Shown here in pieces: positions 32,069-42,857 of a stretch of 63,789 bases of DNA. The position numbers were made by a program, and so were the translations under genes. Source of the stretch: an uncultured Pseudanabaenaceae cyanobacterium (GTDB taxonomy: Bacteria; Cyanobacteriota; Cyanobacteriia; PCC-9006; JAAUQQ01). How positions within the stretch are numbered: the first letter of the stretch is position 1; each line of letters starts with the position of its first letter. The stretch spans positions 1 through 63,789 of the forward strand of contig CALIGI010000048.1 of assembly GCA_938021205.1 (NCBI GenBank), in the 5' to 3' direction. The notes under the pieces were generated by a model. It saw only the letters and a program-made list of their open reading frames with translations, searched no databases and was not told where the DNA came from.

Positions 32069-33274
32069 GTGGCTAAGAAGTCTGTCGCTAATCTGTCTGC
32101 CAGTGACCTACAGGGAAAGCGCGTCCTCATGCGTGCTGACTTCAACGTTCCCCTCGGAGATGGCGGTGCCATTACCGACGACACTCGCATTCGTGCTGCG
32201 CTGCCCACGATCAAAGCTTTGACTGAAAAGGGTGCCAAGGTCATCCTTTGCAGCCACTTCGGTCGTCCCAAGGGCGCTGTGGTAGACAGCATGCGTTTGA
32301 CTCCCGTAGCAGCTCGTCTGTCTGAGCTGTTGGGCAAGACCGTCAACAAGACCGACGACTGCATCGGCGATGGTGCTAAAGCTGCGGTTGATGCCATGGC
32401 TGATGGTGATGTCATCCTGTTGGAGAACGTTCGCTTCCACGCCGGTGAGACCAGCAACGACCCTGAGTTCGCGAAGCAGCTCGCTTCCGTGGCCGAGGTT
32501 TATGTGAACGATGCCTTTGGTACCGCTCACCGCGCCCATGCTTCTACCGCTGGCGTTACCGCTCACCTCTCCCCTTGCGTTGCAGGTCTGCTGATTGAAA
32601 AGGAACTCAAGTTCCTCCAAGCTGCGGTTGATGCGCCTGTGCGTCCTTTGGCTGCCATCGTCGGTGGTTCCAAGGTTTCCAGCAAAATCACCGTGATCGA
32701 AGCGCTGTTGGGCAAAGTCAACAAGCTCTTCATCGGCGGCGGCATGATCTTCACCTTCTACAAGTCTCGCGGCATGGATGTCGGTGGCTCCTTGGTGGAA
32801 GATGACAAGCTGGACTTGGCTAAAGAGCTGACCGCTCTGGCTGAGAAGAACGGCGTTGAGCTGTTGCTTCCCACCGATGTGGTTGTGGCTGACAAGTTCG
32901 ACAAAGAAGCTAACACCCAGACCGTTAGTGTGAGTGCTATTCCTGATGGCTGGATGGGCTTGGACATCGGTCCTGATTCCATCAAGACCTTCCAGGCTGC
33001 GCTTGCTGATTGCAAGACTGTCATCTGGAACGGTCCCATGGGCGTGTTCGAATTCCCTAAATTCGAAGCGGGCACCAAAGGTGTGGCTGAGACCCTCGGT
33101 TCTCTGACCCCCGGTGGCTGCACCACCATCATTGGCGGTGGCGACTCCGTGGCTGCGGTTGAGCAGTTTGGTCTCGCTGACCAAATGAGCCACATCTCCA
33201 CTGGCGGTGGCGCTAGCTTGGAGCTGTTGGAAGGCAAAGAGCTACCTGGTATTGCGGCGTTGGATAACGCGTAA
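32069..33274 (+). CDS. pgk: Phosphoglycerate kinase
   Basis: [50 protein letters not shown]; AAGGAG RBS. Confidence 0.98.
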   Translation: MAKKSVANLSASDLQGKRVLMRADFNVPLGDGGAITDDTRIRAALPTIKALTEKGAKVILCSHFGRPKGAVVDSMRLTPVAARLSELLGKTVNKTDDCIGDGAKAAVDAMADGDVILLENVRFHAGETSNDPEFAKQLASVAEVYVNDAFGTAHRAHASTAGVTAHLSPCVAGLLIEKELKFLQAAVDAPVRPLAAIVGGSKVSSKITVIEALLGKVNKLFIGGGMIFTFYKSRGMDVGGSLVEDDKLDLAKELTALAEKNGVELLLPTDVVVADKFDKEANTQTVSVSAIPDGWMGLDIGPDSIKTFQAALADCKTVIWNGPMGVFEFPKFEAGTKGVAETLGSLTPGGCTTIIGGGDSVAAVEQFGLADQMSHISTGGGASLELLEGKELPGIAALDNA

Positions 33275-33348
33275 ATTACAGCTCTAGCTGTCCTTGTGCT
33301 TGTACTGGCCCTCGCTGATTGTTGAAGGCTGGTCTCAGTAATGGGCCT

Positions 33349-33385
33349 AAAAAAGCGGTCTCTGGATTCCAGAGGCCGCTTTTTT
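33349..33385 (+). terminator. Rho-independent terminator of pgk
   Basis: AAAAAAGCGGTCTCTGG-ATT-CCAGAGGCCGCTTTTTT. Confidence 0.85.
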
Positions 33386-34157
33386 GATTGGGAGGTGATT
33401 CTTGGGGCGTATGGAGCGAAGGCTCTTACGGGGGGCCGTTGGGTTTCCCAGACTCGCACTTTCTTCATTGAGGAGGACTCAAACAGGATTGACTTGAGAT
33501 TGTGTACAGCATCTGAATTCTGTCTCTGAGCAAATTCAATCTGCTTCGTTTGCAAAGCTTAATTCGCTTCTATCTCCGCATCTGTAGCATCAACTTCTCT
33601 GTGTGATTTGGGGAATTCTGGATTGAGATCACTACGGTCTTGCCATAGATCTGGAGAAAGCCATGACCCTTTAAAATCTTGTCCCCAGAGCCATATGGGC
33701 TAACTCCCCTCCCATCGATGCAGGCTCTAGGACCGTATTTGACCCTGCAAATGGACTATGTAGATAAACCACAAACTCGTCTTAGTAGTCAATAGGTTGT
33801 CAGCAACCTCCATGGATATGGGGTGGCTCCCATTCTCTAATCTCTAATCCTCGGTGAAAGCGGGTTCCATCGTTTTGTAGTGAGTACTTACTTTCGGGAA
33901 TTTGGAGAAAGAACTCCGTAGTTAACAAAAGTCGTCAGGGCCTTAAGATTCTTTCCCGTATTTATCCCGTATCCGCCCTTTTTTCTATCCAAGTAGACTT
34001 TGGTCAGTCGAGGCGAGCTAAACCCACTCCGCCTTTAACGACATCCTTAGTTACCCCTAATCTCTTTTGGCTGTGCCTGAGCCGAGATCGTTGGGAACAC
34101 TAAGGACGTGAGACCCGAGCAAGTCTAGTTGTCTTCTCTCAAACCCCTGCGTGACCT

Positions 34158-35426
34158 ATGTCTGAACTCCCCGTGTACCAAAAACCCGCCGTGGTAGAAG
34201 ATGCGACTCTAGCTGTTGAGCCTGACGATGCTGTTCTGGGCAAAGATGCTGCGGCAGCGGCTGAAGGCTTGCTAGAAGATAACGACAAAGAGATTGTCAA
34301 GGTTCTGGCTGTTGATCTCAGTAAGAGCGGTCGTAGCGGTCGTCATACCACTGACCTCGTTCGCCTCTATCTCCAAGAAATTGGTCGTGTTCCCCTGCTG
34401 CTTCGCCATGAGGAAGTGGCTGAAGCTCAAAAGGTTCAACGCTTCATGAGCCTAGTGGAACAGCGCAATGAATTTGCCCAGCGTGAGGGCGGTATTCTCC
34501 AGCGCTATGTTGATCTCATGCTTTTGCGAGACCAGCTACGCGCCAAGCTAGGTCACCGTCCTTCTTTCCAGCGCTGGGCTACGGAGGCTGAGATGCCTGT
34601 GGCTGAGATTAAGCCTTTCCTGGCAGAGGGGAAGCAAGCCTGGGCGGATCTAGCAAGTCTGACGACGAAGGAGCTAGACAAGGCCCTGGCAGAGGGGGAA
34701 GCGGCTAAGAAGCGGATGATTAATGCCAACTTGCGGTTGGTTGTTTCTGTGGCCAAGAAGTACCAAAACCGGGGCTTGGAGCTACTGGACTTGATCCAGG
34801 AAGGTACCTTGGGCCTAGAGCGTGCGGTGGAGAAGTTTGATCCCACTAAGGGCTATCGCTTTAGCACCTATGCTTACTGGTGGATTCGCCAGGGCATTAC
34901 CCGTGCCATTGCGACCCAAAGCCGCACCATTCGCCTCCCGGTCCATATCACTGAGAAGCTTAATAAAATCAAGAAGGCCCAGCGCCAAATTTCCCAAAAA
35001 GAAGGCCGCACTGCCACCCTTGAAGATGTGGGCAAGGAGCTGGACATGACCCCAGCCCAGGTTCGCGAGGTGCTGATGAAGGTGCCTCGCTCGGTTTCCC
35101 TTGAGACCAAAGTGGGTAAGGAAAAGGACACTGAACTCGGTGATTTGCTGGAAACTGATGAGGCTTCCCCTGAGGATCGCTTGATGCGGGACTCTCTGCG
35201 CAAGGATCTGCATAACCTTCTAGAGGAGTTGACCGAGCGGGAGCAGGAAGTCATTCGTATGCGCTTTGGCCTGCGCGATGGCCAGCCTTACTCCCTGGCT
35301 GAGATTGGTCGCACCCTGGAGCTATCTCGCGAGCGCGTCCGCCAAATCGAAGCCAAGGCTCTGCAAAAGCTGCGTCAGCCCCGCCGTCGCAATCTGATTC
35401 GTGACTACCTGGAAGCACTGAGCTAA
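34158..35426 (+). CDS. sigC: Group 2 RNA polymerase sigma-70 factor, SigC type
   Basis: TTDLVRLYLQEIGRV, NLRLVVSVAKKYQNRG, FSTYAYWWIRQ, LSRERVRQIE; long non-conserved insert typical of SigC. Confidence 0.85.
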   Translation: MSELPVYQKPAVVEDATLAVEPDDAVLGKDAAAAAEGLLEDNDKEIVKVLAVDLSKSGRSGRHTTDLVRLYLQEIGRVPLLLRHEEVAEAQKVQRFMSLVEQRNEFAQREGGILQRYVDLMLLRDQLRAKLGHRPSFQRWATEAEMPVAEIKPFLAEGKQAWADLASLTTKELDKALAEGEAAKKRMINANLRLVVSVAKKYQNRGLELLDLIQEGTLGLERAVEKFDPTKGYRFSTYAYWWIRQGITRAIATQSRTIRLPVHITEKLNKIKKAQRQISQKEGRTATLEDVGKELDMTPAQVREVLMKVPRSVSLETKVGKEKDTELGDLLETDEASPEDRLMRDSLRKDLHNLLEELTEREQEVIRMRFGLRDGQPYSLAEIGRTLELSRERVRQIEAKALQKLRQPRRRNLIRDYLEALS

Positions 35427-35486
35427 AAGCACTGAGCTAGGTCGCTTGGGTCTCGGAATGGACTGAAATCTTTCTTTATCTCCTTC

Positions 35487-35520
35487 GGGCGAGGCAGCGT
35501 TAGCGGTCTCGCCCTTTTTT
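35487..35520 (+). terminator. Terminator of sigC
   Basis: GGGCGAG...CTCGCCC followed by TTTTTT. Confidence 0.75.
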
Positions 35521-35567
35521 GCTATTCATTTTGGGCCGTGGGCGATCGCTGAGGATCCAAGCATTAC

Positions 35568-35722
35568 CTACGGAATGAAGGGTCATTCATGCCGTAATCT
35601 GATTCGCTCCCCGCAAGGGGGCTGAGGAGAGCGATTTGTGGTGAGCGAAATAGCCGATGCTCCCCCTCACTCACATCCCTCTTGGCTCAAGGGGAAGGTC
35701 TAATTTAATGCTCGTTCCTTAG
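35568..35722. mobile_element. MITE-like repeat, copy 2 (diverged)
   Basis: CTACGGAATGAA...TTCATGCCGTAATCTGATTCGCTCCCC...AAGGGGAAGGTCT...CTCGTTCCTTAG; colinear with 1856-2003. Confidence 0.6.
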
Positions 35723-35868
35723 CCTCATGGGAACCCTTATTAATCCTTGAGCAAATGGGAGTTTTGAGCGCTCTAAGTTACATTAGGAGCAGCCACGGAT
35801 AAGCAGCCTGAATTTCTTGAGGCTTGTGGTGACTAACCGTTTCTTCTGTGCTGATTATGATTGAAGGC

Positions 35869-36123
35869 ATGAACATGGTAGGGACTGTATTAGGTCAAAC
35901 CCTAACTATCTATGCAGGCTTACTGATCTTACGGGTCCTGCTGACTTGGTTCCCTATGATCGACTGGTATAAACAGCCATTCCAGGCTCTGTCGCAAATT
36001 ACCGATCCTTACCTGAATGCATTCCGCTCATTCATTCCCCCGTTAGGCGGTATGGATCTATCTCCAATCCTGGCGATCCTTGTCTTACAGATTGCAGGTG
36101 ATTTAATTGTTCGTGCCTTCTAG
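35869..36123 (+). CDS. YggT/YlmG family membrane protein
   Basis: RVLLTWFP...LSQITDPYLNAFRSFIPPLGGMDLSPILA. Confidence 0.92.
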   Translation: MNMVGTVLGQTLTIYAGLLILRVLLTWFPMIDWYKQPFQALSQITDPYLNAFRSFIPPLGGMDLSPILAILVLQIAGDLIVRAF

Positions 36124-36170
36124 ATGTTTGCTGAGAAACATCGTTATAGGAGCAACGGTCGGTTTTATAA

Positions 36171-36215
36171 AATCACTCAAGCCCAGTAAGTCTAGCTTGC
36201 TGGGCTTGAGTGATT
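36171..36215. terminator. Probable bidirectional terminator between convergent yggT and moaD
   Basis: AATCACTCAAGCCCAG...CTGGGCTTGAGTGATT. Confidence 0.7.
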
Positions 36216-36241
36216 GCTTGGCTTGTCAAGACTGAATAGGG

Positions 36242-36523
36242 CTAGCCGCCACTGACTGGCGGAATAAAGACGATTTCGTCGCCGTCTTGGACGATGCGAT
36301 CGCCTTCGACAAATTCAAGGTTAATGCCGTAACGGGTCACCTCTCGCCAGCGTTCTAGTTGGGGCTGCTCAGCAATGAGGCGATCGCCCAGTTGGCTCAC
36401 CGTTGTCCCTTGGGGGACTTCCCATTGGAGTTCTGCTTGGGCATAGGCCTCTTGATAGGCCGCGAAGAGTTTCACTAGTACGGTCAGGGTGGCTGTGCCA
36501 GTTGGATTTGGGGCAGAAGCCAT
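36242..36523 (-). CDS. moaD: MoaD/ThiS family sulfur carrier protein
   Basis: VKLFAAYQE...DGDEIVFIPPVSGG with C-terminal GG. Confidence 0.9.
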   Translation of the reverse strand: MASAPNPTGTATLTVLVKLFAAYQEAYAQAELQWEVPQGTTVSQLGDRLIAEQPQLERWREVTRYGINLEFVEGDRIVQDGDEIVFIPPVSGG

Positions 36524-36988
36524 GGCAACTTAGAGAGATTTGGTGGGTGATTTGAAAGGGCGAATCCGATTTAGTTTGGGTTTTTGTGTCGTGCTAGCAC
36601 TATTTTTGTCATCCCAGCCCATAGCTGGCTGTAGGGTCGAATCAAGCCAAATGAAGCCATGAAGGCAATGCTCAACCCAAACAATCAATCGGCGGGCGAG
36701 TTCTTAAAAGAATAAAAGTTGAGGACCCCAGAAGGAGTCCTCAACGACAACCTGCTGTATATCAATACTATGCAGTATAGCGGTTGTACTTTCTAGGTGT
36801 ACCCCGAGGGTTATGGAAATTCTTGGAAGGACGGCTAAAGCCTCTGTTAAATCAGGCATATTGTGGGGCTTGCTGAAGACTCCCTAGGCAAAAAGACCTA
36901 AGCTAGAGGAGTCGAAGTTGCTCCTATGGGGTTTGAGGCTTTCCAGCCCGTCTGGGGCATGCTTGGGCAATGCTGAGTCCATGGCTGT

Positions 36989-37426
36989 GTGTCATCACCT
37001 GCCTGGGGTGACAGCAAGATTGAACAGCCAGTAGCCATTAGCGGGATGAATGAGTTGCCCCAGGAGATTCACCAGGATGTTCCCCAGGAGATTGACGTGG
37101 TTGCCCAGGTGGCTTCACTGCCTGCGGAGCTAGCCAAGACGCCGGAAGAGATGCGTCGGGAAGAGGAGCGCATGCGGGATGTGCAGGTGCTGCTGCAAAA
37201 CTTGACCCTGCAGGAGGAGACGACGATCAAGCTGATTATTGATTGTCTCTATGATGTGGGCTCGGTCAAGATTTTGAATACTAAGGTGGCTTGGAAGCCC
37301 GCCAATCGGGTGGTGAAGCTGCTAGCTCGCACCTCTAAACCAGTCTTTCGGGCGATCGCTTGGCGTTGGTTCAAGGGCAACTGCCCAGAATTGATTACCG
37401 ACTGGTTGGCATCCAAGGTGCGCTAG
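36989..37426 (+). CDS. Hypothetical cyanobacterial protein
   Basis: EETTIKLIIDCLYDVGS...AWRWFKGNCPELITDWL; start may be ATG 37046. Confidence 0.7.
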   Translation: MSSPAWGDSKIEQPVAISGMNELPQEIHQDVPQEIDVVAQVASLPAELAKTPEEMRREEERMRDVQVLLQNLTLQEETTIKLIIDCLYDVGSVKILNTKVAWKPANRVVKLLARTSKPVFRAIAWRWFKGNCPELITDWLASKVR

Positions 37427-37497
37427 TCAAAACGCCGCAACTCTGAAGTCTGCTGTTGGTCCTGTGGGAATTTAGGGTGGATTCTGCATTCCCCAAC

Positions 37498-38949
37498 TCA
37501 GGTTGACTGACGTTTGAGAGGGGTGATTGTCGGTGTCGGTTTGGCTGGAGCTACGGCACTAAAACCGGGTGTAAAGGCGAGGTGCTTGTTCAAAAGTTCC
37601 AATACCTTCTTGGCTTCAATGGGCTTGCTCATGAAATCCGTTGCTCCGGCTCCCCTGGCCTGGAGGCGATCCAACATGCGAGCATTGCTGGAGAGCATGA
37701 TTATGGGAATGTTCCGGAAGGCGGGGGCGCGGCGGATCTGGGTGCAGATCTCATTGCCGTAGACCAGGGGCATGATCAGATCGAGGAAAATTAAATCTGG
37801 CTTGTTCTTGAGGATGGCTGAGAGGGCTCCTACCGAATCCTGGACGCCGACGAAGCGGTAGCCTGCGGGTTGGAGAATCTGCTCCAGGATATAGGAGACC
37901 TGGGCGCTATCATCCACACATAGCACCATGGGGCCTTGGTCTATGGGGCTGGCTTCTTGGCTGAGTGGCGTTGCGGCTGCGGTTTTTCCGGGAGTGGCTT
38001 GGCTTGGGGCGGTTTTGCGGGGAGCTATTTTATTGGAGGCTGTTTGGGAGGTTGCCTGTGCGCGGCGATCGCCCTGGCTGCCCTGGGATTTCGCATAGGG
38101 ATTGGGAACATCTGGAAGGGGGAGCAGCTCAATTAAGTTTTTGTGAATGCCCTGGGATATCAGGTTGCTGATGGTCATCAGGGGCTGGCGGGTGATGGTC
38201 GAGAGTTCCCGAATGGAAGCCCGCCCCGTGGCTAGGCTGCCCAGGGCTTGGGATAGTTTGGGCGGCAACTGTTCTTTCAAGGCCGCTGGATGGCTGACCT
38301 TGGGAGCACCATCGGGGGAATGAGCCATCAAGCCTAAGTTGAACCATTGGCTTAGGAGCTTTTGGGAGCGATTGAGCATCTCCGCCGTGCTGAGGATGGA
38401 GATGGGTTCTTCGCTGATGGACTGGGCATCCTCCAAGGGCGCAATTTCGCAGACTTCGCTAGAAGCCCTGAGGATATCGAAGAGGATTTCCTCCAGGGCA
38501 TGTTCCACCAATTCATTGGCTTCCTGGCGGGTGATTTTTTGACGCTTGATTAGGATGTTGAGTAGCCAGTGCTCCCAGAGGATGGGCATCTTGGGTTCAC
38601 GAAACTGCACAGCTTCGGGAGCCATCTTGCAGAATTGCTTTAGTAACCGTCGCCAGCGGCGGAAGGGCTGCTCCCCCCCGCTGGCCCAAAACAGTCGCCC
38701 AACCCGGAAACTGAGAATCCACTGCTGGCCACTCTGGGTCTTGACTGTGAGTTGGCCATTGACCTGGGATTGAATGGCTTTTTGGATGGCGCTGGCAAGG
38801 CCTACGACGCTGTATCCCTGGGTTGGCTTGCTTGAGGCTAGGTTATTACTTGGGGCTGGCTTGCTTGGGGCTGGCTTGCTTGGGGTTAGGTTGTCTTGGG
38901 GTTGGTTACCTTGGGACGAGTGAGTAGATGGCCCGGTTGCTGATTCCAT
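37498..38949 (-). CDS. PatA-family response regulator (PATAN/DUF4388 plus REC)
   Basis: GQLTVK...WILSFRVGRLFWASGG...RRWRRLL...EEILFDIL PATAN signature; C-terminal REC CVDDS...FLDLIMP...SKP. Confidence 0.88.
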   Translation of the reverse strand: MESATGPSTHSSQGNQPQDNLTPSKPAPSKPAPSNNLASSKPTQGYSVVGLASAIQKAIQSQVNGQLTVKTQSGQQWILSFRVGRLFWASGGEQPFRRWRRLLKQFCKMAPEAVQFREPKMPILWEHWLLNILIKRQKITRQEANELVEHALEEILFDILRASSEVCEIAPLEDAQSISEEPISILSTAEMLNRSQKLLSQWFNLGLMAHSPDGAPKVSHPAALKEQLPPKLSQALGSLATGRASIRELSTITRQPLMTISNLISQGIHKNLIELLPLPDVPNPYAKSQGSQGDRRAQATSQTASNKIAPRKTAPSQATPGKTAAATPLSQEASPIDQGPMVLCVDDSAQVSYILEQILQPAGYRFVGVQDSVGALSAILKNKPDLIFLDLIMPLVYGNEICTQIRRAPAFRNIPIIMLSSNARMLDRLQARGAGATDFMSKPIEAKKVLELLNKHLAFTPGFSAVAPAKPTPTITPLKRQST

Positions 38950-39323
38950 GGTGCTACGAGCTGAATCGGGTGGTGAAGAAGCTAGATGGGACGCCTTTGG
39001 AAAAGACAAAGGCGCTGGTTGAGGCAATGCCTGAGGATCAGGTGGGAGCCTGCCGAAATCGAGATTGAAGGCTCTTTCCCCTGTTTCGATTGTGCCCAGA
39101 AGTTGATTCCAACACACGCCAGGTGGTGCTTTGAATAGTCTTTCAGAAAAGCATATTTATTCTGCTCTAGCGTGCATGGGAGGTTGCTAAGTGTGGCTGA
39201 AAGGCTCATTTGTTCAGTGATGTCACTCATCCTCGTTGGTGGTGGGCTGGTTGGAAAGAGCTCCTGGGGCGTGATCAACTGGTAGATCCTGTTTGGCTGA
39301 GCTTGGGGGTGGGGCCCGATGGT

Positions 39324-42300
39324 TCATCGAATGCGGCTCCTGAGGCGGACAAAACCATAGGACAGAGGAGGGAGACCTGGTCCGGTAGCTGCTGGAACTT
39401 GGCCGAGGTCAACGACGATCGCCCCATTGGGATTGGCATTGGAGCCGCTTGCATTGCAGGCCACAGGAAGACTGCTGCCGGGGGGATAGTAGGTGCCGCG
39501 ATCGCCATCGTTACTGTTGCTCAATCCTTGACCGGGACCACTCGGGTCTGCCACGCTGCCGCTGGTCCAGCCTAAGCCAATGCCACTGCTAGGGCCGTAA
39601 CTGTCTGAGATGAAATCGGTGTTAAAGGGGATGGGATCGCAAATGCGAACATTGTCGGCGGCTATACCCCCATCGGAGAGGAAGTAGATGCTGTATTCGA
39701 TGCCATCGCCGGGTTTCAGCTTGGGACCGCGTAGGCTGCCGCGCAAATAGCGATTGGCATCGTTGGGCCAGGCAGCCGCGTTGTCGGCACTTGCCTGAGC
39801 GGAGGCGACATAGTTGCTGTCTGTGGGGTTACCGGTGGCTTCGCCATCGACGAAGCCGGAGCCTCCTTCCGGTAGGTTGACCCAGCCCTGGCCGTCGTTT
39901 CGATCCACGGCGGTGATGCGTTTTACCAGAAGGAGGTTCGGATTGCTGTTGATGACTTCTACGGTGGCGGGTTGGGAGATAACCGAGTTGGGCAGCCCTG
40001 CGGCCTGGGCTCCGAACTTGTTGGTGTAGCGATCTCCTGGTACATTCCCCTGGCTGTTGAGACTCAGGCGGAGGACTTGAGTACCGCTATTGGGAGGTAG
40101 AGGGGGTGTCACTGCTCGCACCGCAGTTGCTGCTGCAATATTGCTGGGACAGCCTACAATACCTAGCTCGGCGGTGCTGCACCAGCGGGTGCTAGAGCCG
40201 CCACCATTGATGGGGCTAGGCTGGTTGCTGCTGGCCAGGGGATCACTATCTATTTGGTCTGGAGCCAGGTTGCTGTAGTAGTAAGTTGCTCCTGCAATAC
40301 CTGTAGGCGCTGTCGCTAGGGTGGCGTTGCCGCTGAACTGGGAGGCCGGGGAGCGATCGGTTTCTAGGCCGGGGCGGCTACTGTCTCCTAGGTAAGGCAA
40401 GACGTCAATGAGGTCGATGAAGTCGTAGGTTTCGTTACTGCTGCGGTTGATATACTCCAGTTCAAAATCCATGCTGCCATTGGGGGCAATGGTGGGGGTG
40501 GAGGTTTGTTTGTTGATGTTGAAGGCGGCGGGGTTTTGGATGGTGACGCTGACTTCGTCGTAGCGAGGGCGAGCTCTGGGAGCATCGTTGGGATCATCAG
40601 GTGTGCTATCGGCAGGGGAGTCGATTAAGACCTGGTTCGTGACTGCAACGCCGCTGGGAGCATCCAAGGCTGCGATCGCATTGAAGGTGATCAGCGGCAG
40701 AGTTGTATTTGTGGTGATCGGATCGAAAACCCATTGGATAACGGTGCTGCCATCGCTTTGGGGGGTGATGTTATCTGGAGTAATGCTGGCACTATTGGCA
40801 ACGTATAGGAGTTCTGGGGGGAGGGTATCAGTGACGACCACGCGCGTCGAAAAGTCATCATCTTGAGCAGTGAGCGTAGGCAAAATGCTGAAGCCCACGC
40901 TGTTTCCTGCTAGGACGCTGGGCTGGCTCACGCCCTTTGTGATGCGAACAATTGCGCCGGTTACTCGCAGGCGGTCTGTCCAATCTGGTAAAGGGGCAAA
41001 GAAGTCGGTGATGTCGGCGTTGCCATGCTGCCAGTTCCCATCCAGAAATTCGTCGGCTCTAAAGCTGGCATAGTTGGTGAGCAAACTATTGCTAGAGGTG
41101 TCGGCTGCGACTTGATTTTCAAAGCCAAAGTACCAGCGAGTAAATGCGGGTAAGCTAGGAATTCGGACCCGAGCTTTGGTAATGGCAGTGGGGCCACCGG
41201 GAACTGCATTGAGGTCTGTGAACCAAGGTCCATCAGTGTCCATATCATTGAAATTGCCGCAGCTAGCGAGACGGCGACTGGGTAGGGTTGGACTGGCGGC
41301 ATATTCGACAAAAAAGTCCTGGCCGAGTCGAGGTAAGATACTGACAAAATTATCAGTTTCGCTGCGGGCATAGAGCAGACCCGCTGTGGTTTGAGCCGTA
41401 TTCGGAACATCAAATTTATCGCAAGCGATGATGTTGTTTAGGGGCAGGGCACCGGCATTGCCGGTATTAAGGCGACTGGAAAACCGCTGGGTGGGCGTGA
41501 CGATACCATCGCCACTGCGATAGCCCGTTTGGGTTGGTAGGAGACCTTCATTGGCATTGAGGTAGGCTTTGTCAAAGGTTGCGCCTGCCGGGGGGATGAA
41601 AAAAACATAACGGTTGTTGTTGAGATCCGTTTCGTTCCCCGTTCCGTAGTTGCGTTGCCCACTAATGCTATTGGCTTCAAAGTTATCTAAGCTATTGAGG
41701 GTGTTGAGGCCACTGCCGCCGATGTCGCTGGCGGGAACCCAGACGGAAAGATAGCCTGCCACGACATAGCCATCATTAGCAGGTAAGGGGCTGCCGCCTG
41801 AATTGGCCGTGGGGAAATGAGCCATGGATAGATCGGCCCCGCTGAAGTTGTAGTTGATGTCTCCGCCGGGGCCTGCGGGCTGGCTACAAATGAGGCTGCC
41901 AGAATCACTTACTGATCGAAAGTCACCGCCTTCGCCCTGGGGAAGCTCATAGACGGGAGGCTCACCATTGCTACCATTTCCGCCACAGCCGATCAGGGTG
42001 GCATTGGAGGAGATATTGAAGACTTGATCGGTGAGGTTGAGGGGCGTTTGCAGCATCTCAACGCCTTTTGCGCTGTTGGAGCGATCGGTGACAATGCCAA
42101 CGCCGTAATAAATCAAGATGCCATCTTCTTCGTTGCCGGTGTTGGCATTGGTGAAGCGTAGCGGGAAGGTTCGAGGAGTGTAGTTTTTGCGTAGGTCGTA
42201 TTGAGGTAGCGCAGAGACTGTTGTTGTGGAAATGCTACTGGAGAATGAGGTGCTGAGATCTCCGCTGATTGTGGCACGGGTCTGGATTTGGCTGTTGTTG

Positions 42301-42857
42301 GCTGGGGTTCCACCCACCTGGGCTGTTGCAATAAAGTTTTGGCTAATATTGTTGACGAAATTGCCGATATTGCAGGTTAGCTCACGGCCATTATTGGTAA
42401 TGGCGGAGCCGGGACCCGTGCATTCTAAGGGCAGACTTTCCCAGCTCACCCCTGGGGGCAGGCTGTCTAGGGTGATGGTGACATTGTTGGCCGGAAAGGG
42501 ACCATTGATGCTGTAGTTCCAGCTGTACTGGATTTGATCCTGGGTGCGAATGATGCCATTGCGATCGCCGGTATCCAGACCTGGTCCACTGCTGTTGTCG
42601 AAACTGGGAGTGCCGTCTTGGACATTGAGGGTAGAGATGCGTAGGGATGCAGCAGCAGCAGGTTGAATTGGCAACAAGGTGAAGCCTGCGGTGAGCCAAG
42701 CCGTGAGCCATAGGGTGAGGCAAAAGCGAGCCGCTCGACGGACGCTAAAAACTGAACTTGTTGGGCGACAGGAGAGAATTGCTCTGGGGAGAGCTAGCAG
42801 GTTTTGGAACCATGCGAGGAAGGTAGACAGCATCGTTTCAGACTCTGGTAGGGGCAA
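39324..42857 (-). CDS. Secreted multi-DUF11/Ig-repeat protein, 1177 aa (candidate tip adhesin 2)
   Basis: Signal peptide ending PAAAA; several DUF11-like repeats (ITKGV..TDTLPP..VTNQV; INKQT..IDVLP..YTNKF); C-terminal LLVKRIT..PGDGIEYSIYF..CDPIP..GFVRLRSRIR; alternative ATG 42833. Confidence 0.8.
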   Translation of the reverse strand: MPLPESETMLSTFLAWFQNLLALPRAILSCRPTSSVFSVRRAARFCLTLWLTAWLTAGFTLLPIQPAAAASLRISTLNVQDGTPSFDNSSGPGLDTGDRNGIIRTQDQIQYSWNYSINGPFPANNVTITLDSLPPGVSWESLPLECTGPGSAITNNGRELTCNIGNFVNNISQNFIATAQVGGTPANNSQIQTRATISGDLSTSFSSSISTTTVSALPQYDLRKNYTPRTFPLRFTNANTGNEEDGILIYYGVGIVTDRSNSAKGVEMLQTPLNLTDQVFNISSNATLIGCGGNGSNGEPPVYELPQGEGGDFRSVSDSGSLICSQPAGPGGDINYNFSGADLSMAHFPTANSGGSPLPANDGYVVAGYLSVWVPASDIGGSGLNTLNSLDNFEANSISGQRNYGTGNETDLNNNRYVFFIPPAGATFDKAYLNANEGLLPTQTGYRSGDGIVTPTQRFSSRLNTGNAGALPLNNIIACDKFDVPNTAQTTAGLLYARSETDNFVSILPRLGQDFFVEYAASPTLPSRRLASCGNFNDMDTDGPWFTDLNAVPGGPTAITKARVRIPSLPAFTRWYFGFENQVAADTSSNSLLTNYASFRADEFLDGNWQHGNADITDFFAPLPDWTDRLRVTGAIVRITKGVSQPSVLAGNSVGFSILPTLTAQDDDFSTRVVVTDTLPPELLYVANSASITPDNITPQSDGSTVIQWVFDPITTNTTLPLITFNAIAALDAPSGVAVTNQVLIDSPADSTPDDPNDAPRARPRYDEVSVTIQNPAAFNINKQTSTPTIAPNGSMDFELEYINRSSNETYDFIDLIDVLPYLGDSSRPGLETDRSPASQFSGNATLATAPTGIAGATYYYSNLAPDQIDSDPLASSNQPSPINGGGSSTRWCSTAELGIVGCPSNIAAATAVRAVTPPLPPNSGTQVLRLSLNSQGNVPGDRYTNKFGAQAAGLPNSVISQPATVEVINSNPNLLLVKRITAVDRNDGQGWVNLPEGGSGFVDGEATGNPTDSNYVASAQASADNAAAWPNDANRYLRGSLRGPKLKPGDGIEYSIYFLSDGGIAADNVRICDPIPFNTDFISDSYGPSSGIGLGWTSGSVADPSGPGQGLSNSNDGDRGTYYPPGSSLPVACNASGSNANPNGAIVVDLGQVPAATGPGLPPLSYGFVRLRSRIR

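Noticed and set aside
32108-33193. 361-aa antisense ORF over pgk (and 32758-33555)
   Set aside because: Shadow ORF from the strong codon bias of a highly expressed gene; no recognisable motifs.
35412-35440. AAGCACTGAGCTA direct duplication at the sigC stop
   Set aside because: Short local duplication with no associated element; insufficient to call an att site or TSD.
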